A DNA stretch of 64,000 nt from Spirogloea muscicola (Eukaryota): positions 627,522 to 691,521 of the forward strand of contig WELB01000029.1 of NCBI GenBank assembly GCA_009602725.1. Reading direction: 5' to 3'. The translations under genes and the position numbers were made by a program. The notes under the pieces are model-generated. The model had not been told where the DNA came from and searched no databases. It saw only the letters and a list, made by a program, of their open reading frames with translations. Positions 26,658 to 38,400 of the stretch are shown here, one piece after another (the stretch's first letter is position 1; each line of letters opens with the position of its first letter).

Positions 26658-29600
26658 ATGCTGGCGGCAGGTCCTGACTGCCGGCGCCGGGGCGAAGGCC
26701 GCCGGCCGGCGGCTGCACGCGCGCTGGCGGCGCTGCGGCTCGCTGCCCGCCCGCTACGGCCACAGCTTGTCCACGATTGGGCTCGGCCCTGGTCAGAAGG
26801 TGGCCACTTTCTCCGCACTGCCCGCCGCTGGCCTTTTTCGGCATTCTTCGCCGGCAGTGGCCTGAACGCCGGGCCTCAGCGTGCCATTTTAGAACGCGTG
26901 ATCAGAGCTCTGTAGTCACTGGGAAGGGATCCCTCAAATCGTACTACTTGCTGTGGCCTCCATTCTGCTGAACAGTGCAGCATGCACGTTTGAAGGCGAA
27001 CAGCCTCCATTTAGCAGGTGGAGTAGTATGGCCAGAGATCAGTGAGCTTAGAGCCAGACGCCTTGTCTCAATGCGGCACGTTGCACTTGGTAACACTCCT
27101 GGCTCTTCATCAGGTTGTTGCTGTAGGCGGGCACGGCACGGACAGCAAAGAGCTAGATGTCCACGAGTTGGACCCAATCTCGTCCACTTGGTCGCCAATG
27201 AAGGCCACGCTTGGGAGTGGCTGCAAGAGCCCAGTCGTTCAGAGGGGCAGTCATGCGGCTGCAGGTCATCTCTTGGCCATCCTGTGAGCACAAGTGGCTC
27301 AGCAAACTAAGAATTTTAGACAAACATCCTGTTAGTGCCGACCATCAGAGTTGGTGGCCAGGTTGGCTTGGATGCTCGAACTACTTTTGTACCTTCAGAT
27401 GGCTTTGAGCTGATTGATCTGTATACTTCACTGGTAGCTCCTTGTAGCACTCGAGCCTGGGTGCTCTCGAAAAAGAGCCGGGCAGGAGCTAATGCAGCAC
27501 ACGTGGTACCTGGCGCAGTGGTTGGTAAATCCATCTTCGTGCTGGGGGGTTTTGCAACCACGGAGGCTGAGACTCTGGTCAGTGCCATGATTTAGTGCTC
27601 CAACATTGCCGCGTACTTGCAAGAGCACCTTTTGAGCCTGACACTTTTATTGCCGTGCGATGACTGTGCTGTGGCAATTGATTTCGACTATCTGAGGATG
27701 TCTCTTCGTTTCTGAGGCGTGAGAGCACAAAGATCTTACCTCTGTATCGTCAAAATCCCGGCCAAACTTCCGCAGGGTGATGTCCTCGAGCTGGATACTG
27801 TCAAGAAGGTCTGGGGTGTTCCCCAGATTGATGGCAGCGCTCCTTCGCCGCGGTCCTCACACTCTGCAACCGCCGTTGGCACCAAAATTGTAAGTGGGAA
27901 GACCTAAGTATCACACCACTACCTACAATGTAGGTAGGTGTACGTTCTTGAGGGAGTAGCACAGCATTATCTGCTTTCTTGCATAGTCAAGCTACGCAGT
28001 TCACTGCATGAGTCAGCAAGAGGGTCACTGTGGAAATAAAGTGCATCAGGTGCTCACAACAAGCAATACACAAGCTGCAGTATGTGATAGGTGGCCATGG
28101 CAAGGGAGGACCTCTCAACGACGTCTATGTGCTTGACACGGAGAAAAGGAGCTGGTGAGTCGTCAAAGTCAGGCTGCTCGGTTATTACAGCCAAGGCAAG
28201 TTGGTGATGCAGTGTGGTGGGAACCGATAAGTCCCTGTAGTCCAACTTCGTCTGCTGAGTTGCACTGGATGTGGAGCTTGTGGGCTCAGGTCAAAACCCA
28301 GAGTGCTGGGGCAGCCTCCTACAGCTCGCTGTGCTCACTCTGCTATGGCCGTTGGAGACCGCATTGCAGTCTATGGTGGCTACTCTGACAAAGCTGAGAA
28401 CGACCTTTGGTTCCTAGAGGTACCGAAAGGCCTGACTTTGCAATCCGCTGGTCCCTGACTAGCAGCAGATCATAACTCAATAAAAAGTTGGGTCTGTGAT
28501 GGTGGTTGGTGTGTGCTAAGTTTGTCTCATCTTCATCATGTCAGGTATCCACAGCATATGTGGAAATGCAGAGCAAAGAAGAGGAGACAGTTGCATGGAG
28601 TTGTGGTAAAGTAGGTGATTACAGGAGGGCCAAAAAGCTGCCAAGAGCTGTAGTCATATGTGGCCCGTCAGGAGTTGGCAAAGGCACCCTCATCAGCAAG
28701 TTGCAGCAGGACTATCCAGGTCTGCCTCCCCGATTGAATGGAAATTCATCGCGCTGACCTGTGGTTGACGGAGTTAGGGATTGGGTCTTCATGTCCACTG
28801 CTTGTGTGGTGCTAGGCGAGCTGAAACTTGCAGAGGGTTGGAATATGCTGAGGAAGCAGAGCATCTACTCAAAGTGTGCAATGAGGCAGCAGACTCTGCC
28901 TCACTTTTCCTGTTTGTCCATGGCAGACAGAGTGGGCTTTTCAGTCAGTCACACCACGCGCAAGCCACGAAATGGAGAAGTGAATGGTACTCATTACCAC
29001 TTCACTGAGAGGGCCTGGATGGAGACAGCTGTCAAGGATGGAGAATTCTTGGAGCATGCAGATGTGCATGGCAACATGTACGGCACTAGCCTGGCTGCTG
29101 CAGAAGCTGTCAACAAACTGGGGAAGGTCAGCTTGCCTTGCAGTACCTGTGAGCGTGCACAGGCTTTCCACTTTGCATATCCTTACCGTGTTAGTGGGGT
29201 GGGAAGCTACTATCGAGTAGTTTTCCAGGACAGCATTCTCTGTGACCTTGAGTGTGCAGTGGCAATTCATTGTAGGGAACTGTCCCCAAGTCTCAGCTGC
29301 GCCAGTCACTTGATCAGTGCTGATTTACATGGACTTACAGCCTCACTTGTATGCAGATGTGTGTGCTAGATATAGACGTGCAGGGCGCTCAGCAGGTGAA
29401 GAAGAGTCCGATGGATGCCCTGTTTGTCTTCATATCTCCACCTTCCTTTGAGGAGCTAGAGAGGCGATTGCGAGGAAGGTGAGAACAGGCAGAGGCTTCA
29501 GCTGACATAAGAATTAAACTTCTCAATTGGACCTTGAACATCCCGAGGACTGATGCAAATCTTTATCCTCTTCAGAGGGACCGAAACGGAGATTAATATA

Positions 29601-30380
29601 CAGAAGCGTTTGGGCAACGCCAAGGCCGAGATTGAGAAGGGAAAGGACCCGTCTCTCTTCCAGCATGTTTTGGTGAATGACGATCTGGAAAATACCTATA
29701 GCAAGCTGAAGGTGACCATTCAACAACAGTCATACAAGTGTCATCAGCAATGCCAAGTTGTGATGTAATGCACTTAGCAGTCACTAGACACTGCTGTACT
29801 ACAGCCCGTATGAGATTGTGTTCAAACAGATTGATCAGCCCATGTTTTCGACTTGTGTACAGCTTCTTCTTGGCATGGACGAACAATTGGAGCGCAGTGA
29901 GGACAGTCAGCTCACAGAACCTTCCTCAAGGTCTGGCCATGCTGCGGTCCTCCTTGGGTCTCAGCTGGTCATCTATGGTGGTGTTGGCGATCAAGAGGTC
30001 ATACACAGCGACTGGTATGCCTTCTTGATTGATTGGCAATGCAACTCGAAACAGTTGCTCATGTGCCTCATCAATAAGTACGTACTAGTCAGCATGTAAT
30101 CGAAAGCTCACAATATATTGGGGATGCTGGGAGTGGCAGTTTTGCACTGGAGACAAGCAGGATGGTTGGGGGTGCACCAGGTGCCACACACGGCTTGGCT
30201 TGGGCTCGAGTGGAGACATGTTCAGACAGTGTCCTAGGTTCTATCTTCTCCCACTTTTCACCCGCCGCTCGGTACAACCTCCAGGCTACTCCTCTGACTA
30301 CCACTAAGGCCCTGCTTGTTGGAGGGTATGACGGGACCAGGGCTCAAGGCACTAGTGCCACGTTGAGCATAGACGGGTGA
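26658..30380 (+). CDS. Guanylate kinase with Kelch repeats on both sides; start uncertain
   Basis: GK core [73 protein letters not shown] and VNDDLE. Kelch blades [50 protein letters not shown] and [11 protein letters not shown] 30378-30380. Confidence 0.9.
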
Positions 30381-30697
30381 TCTATTGATTTGGACGCTCT
30401 GTGGCTCGCAGCCCGTGCTGCAGCTCGCCCCCCCTTTCACCAGCGCTTGTTATGTTGGCGGACCACATTGGTCCAGCGTGACTGCTTATCTTTGTAAAAG
30501 GCACCATCTGCCTTAGCCTTACATCTGAATACTTCCCTCCTTGTCTGCTCCTGCATTGCTTTCCGCGAGCAATCTCACTATTTGTAATTATCGAATGAAG
30601 ATGTACCTGGCAATAGCCATGCCGCATCTCCCTACTGTACAGCGCTCGATAGTCCTCCTGAGGGCTTTGACGCTTGACTGTGATCGCTTGCCTTGTA

Positions 30698-31739
30698 TCA
30701 GTCCACTTGAGCGAATTCCAATGCATTGCCATCTGGATCCCGAGCAAAGAGTGCGGGTCGCCCCGACTTGCTCAATGTATACGGCACACCTACATAGAGG
30801 ATGCGTTTTGTTCATCAACACGTGCTTATGCTGCTGCGTTTTTGCACATGAGGATGCATGCAGAAATACCTGGCTGGTCTACAGTGAGCTGCTTTGAAAC
30901 AAACAAAGAAATGGAGCAACAATTTGAGCTGTAATAGAACGCGGCTGAAGTACCTGCCCTTTCGAGCGTTTGCTTGAGGGTGTCAATGTTGGTGACGTTG
31001 AGGCAGGTGTGGCGGTCGCGGCCACCGTGCTCAGGTCGGCCAGTCAGGGGGTCTGGGTTGGGGAGCTCCATGAGGTGGATCATTTGAGACCCCACCCACA
31101 GCCAGGCGCCTCCATAGGGCAGCTTGTCGCGCCCCGGTCGGTCGTCGTTGAGCTTCAGGCCTTTGCCACAGATGTGACGACTTGCACCCAAGTCAGGATT
31201 GTCAGCCTAACCCCCGTGATTTGGTTCCATAGGAGAGCAGAAAGTAACAGCAACTAAAGAGCGCAATTGCTGATCATGATGGCGGCTGTGGAAGCCAGCG
31301 GATGCATTCAGAGGGGAGTCGTAGTGTATCTACAGTACGCGGAGCCGCAGGCTGGGCAAATAGGGCCCTCCCAGTGCTGGCGTGGGAGAAGGGGGGCAGA
31401 AGAGCAGCAGCAAGCAGCCGCAGCAAGGGCAGGCAGCCAGTGGTGGCTCACCGAGCACTCCGCAGTAGAAGTCCAAGGACCTGTTGATGTCGGCGCAGAG
31501 CAGCCCCGCGTGCGCCACCTCCTGAAACCCGATCTCTGCAGCGCGCCGAGGCAGGGGTCAGCTCGCGAGGCCGAGGGGTCCGGCAGACGCATCGGCTCGT
31601 ACACGGCGAGCCGCCGAGGCAATGGCCCGAGGCTGCCCAGAGGGGCACGCACCCGCGGCAGCTGCCGGGGCCTTGGACTCGGTGGGCGCAGGCGCGCCGT
31701 TGGGCGCCGAGGACGCGCGCACGGCCGGCGGGCGGCGGG
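30698..31739 (-). CDS. VOC-superfamily glyoxalase I-like (lactoylglutathione lyase family) protein; 5' end lies in the gap
   Basis: HAGLLCADINRSLDFYCGVLG|L, DKLPYGGAWLWVGSQMIHLMELPNPDPLTGRPEHGGRDRHTC and YTLSKSGRPALFARDPDGNALEF. TGA 30698-30700. Confidence 0.92.
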
Positions 31740-32014
31740 NNNNNNNNNNNNNNNNNNNNNNNNNNNNNNNNNNNNNNNNNNNNNNNNNNNNNNNNNNNNN
31801 NNNNNNNNNNNNNNNNNNNNNNNNNNNNNNNNNNNNNNNNNNNNNNNNNNNNNNNNNNNNNNNNNNNNNNNNNNNNNNNNNNNNNNNNNNNNNNNNNNNN
31901 NNNNNNNNNNNNNNNNNNNNNNNNNNNNNNNNNNNNNNNNNNNNNNNNNNNNNNNNNNNNNNNNNNNNNNNNNNNNNNNNNNNNNNNNNNNNNNNNNNNN
32001 NNNNNNNNNNNNNN
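31740..32014. other. Assembly gap (275 N) covering two divergent gene starts
   Basis: Run of N. Confidence 1.
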
Positions 32015-33464
32015 CGGCGCCATCGCCTCGGCGGGCGGCCGCGCCGGCGGCCGCGCTCACCGCCGCCAGCTCCGCCGTGGCTCGCGCAGGGCATGTTTGG
32101 GAACATGCAGGGCCTGTTTGAGACGGTCAAGAAGGCCCAGCAGGTCGTGCAGGTGGAGGCCGTGCGCGTCCAGAAGGAGCTCGCTGCGTACACACCACCC
32201 GCTGCCCTTGTGCACGCGCCTTCCGCTCTGCGGCTCGCCGTCGCCATCATTGCTGGTCGCTCCGTGATGTATGCCTCCCATGGTCACACGTGACTGTGCA
32301 GCCCCGCGGGCGGGGTGTGGTTGGTCGTGCAGGACGGAGTTCGACGGCTACTGTGAAGACGAGCTCGTGAAGGTGAGCTTTTGGCCCAGCTTATCACCGG
32401 CCAGGCCAGTCCTTCGCACTGCCACGAAGTGCAGCATGCTCCCTGACCGCGTCGCCTGTCATCCATGGCGGCTGCCCACTGGCTACCCGGCTCCCTGTAT
32501 ACCGGCTTGACCTGCAAATCAACTGACATGCTAGAGTTGACGGAGGTTGCTCGCTTTATCTGCTAGCCCTTGGCCTCTGTAGCAACCCAGCCCTTCCTCC
32601 CGTCTTCCCTTTACACCCACCTCCCTGCCCACTTTCCCGATTACCTCGGCAGGTGACTCTGACCGGCAATCAGGAGCCTGTTCGTGCTGAGATCACGGAA
32701 GCTGCGATGGAGACTGGGGCAGAGGTACGCTCCCCTCCTTTGGAAACACGGGCATGAGATAGCTCTGCTCTTCCAAGTTGCGCCGAGGCTTAATCAAATG
32801 CAAAGCACGCGCACCCTACCACTGAATTGCTCTCAGCCTACTGCACAGAAGTCTGGCGGACCACTCCAGCCCTGCTGCAAAATTGTATCCCGTTTTAGAA
32901 AATAGCCTTATGTCATGCTCTTTGTTACATAATCGTCTACTTTTCATTAAGCCTCTACCAGCCTTTATGACAAGCAGCGCCCGTAATTTGGCTCCTACAA
33001 ATGCTACTGGCAGTGCTGGTGATTACCAAATGTCGCTCTGAAAATGTGCAGAAGTTGTCTGAGCTAGTGACTGAGGCCTACAAGGATGCACACCTCAAGA
33101 GCGTGACGGTATGAGCATGGGCATCATCCTCTTCTGCCGCTGGCATATTATTAGTCTTCATACTTTCATCTGTCCTGTCAATTCGATTAGTAAATAAATG
33201 TTGTCCTTTGAGAGTTGCCTTGAGTCACTTTGTAGTCGATCAAATATCATTTTTCCACCTTCGGAAGATGCATGACACACTAAGACACAGATCTTCCCCG
33301 AGATGTACCACCGGGTAACCAGTGTGCTGACCCTTATTGTTGCTAGCTCAGAGTAAATTTTGAGCCTTGAACATGGTGAGCTGTTCGTGCAGGCCATGAA
33401 AGAAAGAATGAAGGAACTTGCTTCGAGTTTAGGAATGCCACCAGGACTTGCTGGCGGAGTTTAG
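32015..33464 (+). CDS. YbaB/EbfC-family protein (plastid STIC2-like); 5' end lies in the gap
   Basis: GMFGNMQGLFETVKKAQQVVQVEAVRVQKELAA|TEFDGYCEDELVK|VTLTGNQEPVRAEITEAAME|KLSELVTEAYKDAHLKSV|AMKERMKELASSLGMPPG. TAG 33462-33464. Confidence 0.92.
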
Positions 33465-33944
33465 CTATCCCCCAAAACCCAAGTTTTGACGATTGCTTCG
33501 CAAGTATTTAGGATACTTGCCCCCGGATTCTTTTGTGCGCACTGGCTACGCTACTCTCATGAGATACCTATTATTGCTACAGCGTCGCTTCGCCAATTGT
33601 GTGGCCATCTTGGGCTGGAAATCTGTGATGTAAGCTACTAGAATATGAAGATTGTAACTTGTACTCATAGATCTGCTATGCTTGTGCTTACTGCAGCAGG
33701 CACAACGCAATTGTTGCGACAGGTGACCGCTGGTACTTCTGTTGATCCACCTGTTAGGTGATAGAAACTGGGCACTCTGGTCAACGATGTCGATATGCCA
33801 GATAGTATACAAAGGCCGCGCTTTGTCTGCTGCTGCTGGCCTTTGTTGGGGCGACTCTATTCGTGTTCCCTGGAGTCGTGCTCCAGCCGCCAGGCGCTGC
33901 TTCGCTCGCATGCGGCAGCGTCCGGCAAATCCGTCCTATCCCCT

Positions 33945-34880
33945 TATCAGGCCCGCCCCTCCAGGGAAGGACCTTGGGGCGACCCTCGTCACACCCTCGG
34001 GGGAAGGGGTGACAGGGGGAAACGCTATCAGAGGTAGGCCGAGGCCAGACTGAGGAGTCAAATCGGTGACGCCAAGAGAGACACAGCCCTGCTGCTGCCT
34101 GCTGCCGCAGACGCCACAGCTCTGCTGCTGCCGCCTGCTGCCCAGCCCGTCACCGCAGCTCGTCTTTGCGGGCCTTGCCAGCTCTCCGTGACTGTATGAC
34201 TCCGCCCCCTCTGGGACAGCTACTGACCCTTGGTAAGTCACCGCTTTTGGGCGGTGCCTCAGTGTAAGACTACCGCTGCGCTATGTGTGCGTGTCTACGT
34301 CGCTGTTCTCATGTGAGAGGGTTGTCTCCTAAACACCCTATGTCCGAGCCCAAACCAGGACGTTTGATCCCTAAATGTGTGTTAGGGATCGGCACGTTAC
34401 ATTGGTCTTAGAGGGTTTCTTACATCTATTCAGTCTCGTAAAGGTCGTGGTTTACGGCCTACAGTGCAAGGGACATTTTCCTAAAGTCTGTAAGCGTGAA
34501 AAACTTCCCAGGCTGTACGGGGAGCCGCCATCGGCGAAGCGGCAAGTGTGCCACCCTTTCGCCTTCGACAGCCACGCACCGGGCTTTTAAGATGCCGAGT
34601 GGCTCTTCTTCCTGGCGGCAATCTTCGTTGCCTGGTTAGTACTTCGTCTGCGTAACCACCTGTGCCCGGTGTGCAGCCAGCCCATGACGAACGTAGCTGC
34701 ATCTGGCCGCAGGTGGGCGGCAATCTGACTGTCGGCCAGGCGCTGGTCTGTACTCTCGGCTGGTGCCCTCCCTCAGTCTGCTTCTACAGCTTTTCTGTTT
34801 GGGGCTATGATCTGGCGGGCCACCATGTTTGCTTTGCTTGCCAGGTGAAACGGCCTTGCTCAGCAACACTGTGGTAGTAT
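33945..34880 (+). mobile_element. LTR family C (33945-34401) with degenerate PBS and leader
   Basis: Ends ...cacgttaca, followed by ttggtcttagag (degenerate TGGTATCAGAG). LTR and leader are homologous to 55990-57500. Confidence 0.75.
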
Positions 34881-36539
34881 TGTCTCAGCAGATATGTCTT
34901 ATACACGCCACTTACTTGATCCCTCGGTGTATTGGTGTAAAGGCACGGAGTCGGCTGACTCAAAAGCGCCACCTAGTCCCCCTCTGCCGGCTGTTCAACC
35001 TGCTAAGGTCGAGGCAGTGGTTTGATGACTGTCGGGGCTCTGATCGCCACCCTGGATCGTCCGACTCCAAGGAGGCTCAGCACGTTGTGCGCTTGATGGA
35101 GCAGTATGAGGCTGCTGGTCCGAGGGGACCTGCTAGCACCCCCGTGTCGGGATGGTGCGCTATAAAGTGTGCTAACTGCTCGCCCATGTCGTGGCCCGAG
35201 CGAGTCCTGCATCTCCTGTAGGCTAAGAGCCTGGTGCTGCCGGAGCTATGCTTGGAGTGTGCTCAACTGTCTCCACCTGCTGCACCCGTAGTCACCACTG
35301 GGGAGTGTCCACGCCAGTACCCATTTGTTTAGTGTGTGAAACATGGGCCCTGGTGTGATACAACGCGATCTAAGGTGGCGTGACTATAGCAATTTGCCCA
35401 TGGAGGTCGTGGACTTCGTCGTGAGATCGGTACCCTGGGATGCCCTGGCACGGGTCCCTGCTCTGGTACTCGCCATGCCGTACCTCAGGTGTCGACGGCT
35501 GGTGCGACCTCACCCTGGTTTGTGATGACTGCAAACTCCATATGCTGGAAGTATGGTGCTTCGCAATGTGTGCGAGGAGGAATGGGGCTGTCCGCCAACC
35601 TCATGACCTCAAGGCCTTCGTGGCCCTGGTCAGTAGCACTTCGGTGTCACCTACTTCCAGTAGAAGTCCTTGGCTCTTTGCAGCTGTTGATAATGTGATG
35701 TCACAGCCATGGGTTGGGTAAGCTTGCGGAGCCCGGCTTGGCAGATGTTGTCACGGCCTCTGCAGCCACTGCTTGGTAAATTCCTCGCCGGTATACCCCT
35801 TGTGGTGATCACGTGTCATGCCACACTCGGAGGGCATGGACAAGACCATGTGGGCAACAGTGTCCTGCCCGAGTGGCCTGTGACCTTAGCCATATTGCTG
35901 GGTAGCGAAGATTTGACCATTAGCCCGGCTTAGTGCTGGGTATCCCTGTGCACTCGTAGCTGGAAAGCTGCCGGCATAAATGGCCTGCAGCTGGCTAATC
36001 AGAGTACTCTGGGTGAGTGCTCGTCTTCGCCTTTGTATGTCAAAGGGTTGACTTGTATTGGATGCTTTCAGCAGCATCCCAACAGCTGTCGTTGACGATG
36101 TACCTGCACGCGCAACCAGCTTTGGCTGTGTATCTGCTTCTGATATAAGTAATGAGTCTCCCCCTGACTCTGTAGTACGCGTGGTAGCCTCACCTGGTGC
36201 GGCTCTCGACGACCAGTAAAGAAAATAGTATGCATTTCCTTAACTCCTCTGGACGGGTTGCCTCCTCATCCGAAGTGGCTCAAAGACGCCGTACTGCCCT
36301 CTGTATCAACTGAGTATTCTCGAGTGTTGAGATGCAATTTCGAGTTGCGGACTTGCTAGAGTGCGGGCATAGTGAGCCTCCTCGGTCGCCGTATGGTGCA
36401 CCTATCCGTTTCCTTGTGAAGCACTGTGGTAGTCACTGGATGTGAATCCAGCATCGAGCTGCAAGCTGTCAAGAACCGGTGGCCTTTGCCCTTGGCATTG
36501 ATGATCTGTCCGATCGTCTCAGAGGAGCAAGTTTGTTTT

Positions 36540-36979
36540 TGTAACGTCCCCACCCGTTGCGTGACGTTTAATCTTGGTTAAAAACGCTGACGTGTAGTAA
36601 CGTTGCGCGGCCCAGTATCGTAAGACCCCCGCGCCCCACTGACGCGCGCAGTGACGCGCGTGCGACACGTGGGCGACCCGCAGCCCGCCGACGCAGCTCT
36701 GCTGCTGTCTGCTGCTGCAACCCGTCGCGTCGTCGCGGACCTTCATCGGCTCTCCTGTGAGTAAGATTGTGACTGCTCCTCTGATGACAGCCGCTGGCCC
36801 GTACTTGAGAGGTGAGTCGCTGCCTGTTAGCGCCTCGGGGCAAGACTTCCGCTGTGTAGAACGCGTGGTGCTTCACTGTGCTAGGGTTTCTTCTCATCAC
36901 CCCAGCGACCAAATACAATCAGGACGTCCTAACCCCTAACAATGTGTATAGGGTAGGAACGTCACATTTGGTATCAGAG
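36540..36979 (+). mobile_element. Short B-related 5' LTR (36540-36966) with tRNA-iMet PBS
   Basis: TGTAACGTCCCC...GTCACA, then TGGTATCAGAG at 36969-36979. It is preceded by an RT scrap (KNRWPLP..IDDLSDRLRG, ~36470-36535). Confidence 0.8.
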
Positions 36980-37411
36980 GACGACTTCGTACTTTTGCAT
37001 ATGGCGGCTGGATCTCCCGCAAGGTAAGTAGCGGCGAATCTCCACAAGATGTCACAGGCGCCTCGCACAGCACAAATCACGCGTTCATTTAACGGATCCA
37101 AGCAGCCAGGCTCCCCTGCCCATCGAACTTCGAGGGCTGGCACGGCTGGCCTCGCCCCAGCCGCGCACCATGGCTCACTTTAGCTCGGAGGCGACGAGTA
37201 CGCTGCTCGCATCCGACCGCGATCTTCGTTATACGGCCTACTTCTGAAGAGGAAGTATGCGAGCTTATTGGCACTAAGCAGGCCAGGTCCGCAACCGCCT
37301 CCATCCGCGATGGCGAAAGCGAGACGATGAAGTGGGTTCTGGAGGACATACTCCGGCAATTATTAAACCCAACAGACTGACTGGGATGCATTTCTGGCTC
37401 CAAGCCGAGTA

Positions 37412-37885
37412 TGTAACGTCCCTGCCTATACACACAGTCAGGATCAGAACGTCCTGGTTTGGGTTTGGACATAGGGTGTCTTGGTGACAACCCTCATACA
37501 GCAACGCCAACGCACATATGCGCACATGACGCAGCGCAACTCTTACCCCGAGGCACCGCCCAGAGGGCGGCGACCAATCGAGGGTCAGCAGCTGTCCACA
37601 TGGGGCGTAGCCATACACTCCCAGAGAGCCGGCGGGTCCACAGAGACGAACTTCGGCGACGGGCTGGGCAGCAGGCAGCAGCAGCAGAGCTGTGGCGGCG
37701 GCTGCGGCGGCAGGCAGCAGCGGAGCTGGCTAGGCAGCAGCAGGGCTGTGTCTCTCTCGGCGTTGGTCGGACTGAGGAGTTTGCCCAAGGCCCACTACTT
37801 ATTACGTTTCCTGCCAACCCCCCCCCAGAGGGTGTGACGAGGGCCGGCCCCAGGGCCCTCCTCCCCTGGAGGTGCGGGCCTGACA
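37412..37885 (-). mobile_element. LTR family C, isolated copy
   Basis: TGTAACGT...TGACA termini. Reverse-complement homolog of 33945-34401. No TSD visible. Confidence 0.75.
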
Positions 37886-37949
37886 GGCGGGCCTTCACGC
37901 GGGCCAACCTGCTAATGTAATAACGTAAGCAAATCTACCATTGACGTAT

Positions 37950-38400
37950 CGTCGTCGCTGCCGCGATATTGACGGTGCACATGAGAGTGGGTGGCTAGAC
38001 CTACTTCAGCCGCTTGCACGGGCGTGCGATCAACTGACGCCCAGGCCAGCAAGGTGAGCCCGGCTTCGATGCTGCTGGGTCGCTCACCCAAGTATTTCGC
38101 ATGCGTCTATAGATCTCACTCCAGCGTTCTGAGCTCTTGCAGGACACTTGTGGGCAGGCCGCGCTCTGGCTGCTGCTTCTAATCTCGTTACGGAGACAAA
38201 TTTCCAGCTGCAAGCTACTCTGACTTGCGCCTGCTGACTAGGGGTTATTGAGAATCCATTCGCTGTAGCCACTTGCTAAGCTGGGTAATCAAGCTGGGTA
38301 ATTAAGGGCTTCCCGGCCCTTTCAAACGTTGTGCATTCTTCTCGGGGCTTGTCTTTTTTTTCTATTACAGCCATCGCCACCTTTTGGGAAGAATTTTTTC
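37950..38400 (+). mobile_element. Longest non-LTR (RLE/CRE-like) 3' fragment in the window
   Basis: Frameshifted DIDGAHESGWLDLLQPLARAC / RPGQQGEPGFDAAGSLTQVFRMRL*ISLQRS / GHLWAGRALAAAS / ASYSDLRLLTRGY* (stop 38249-38251), then a degenerate UTR matching 13280-13345. Confidence 0.7.

Noticed and set aside
31267..32293. Long ORFs spanning the N run
   Set aside because: Artefacts of translating through the gap.
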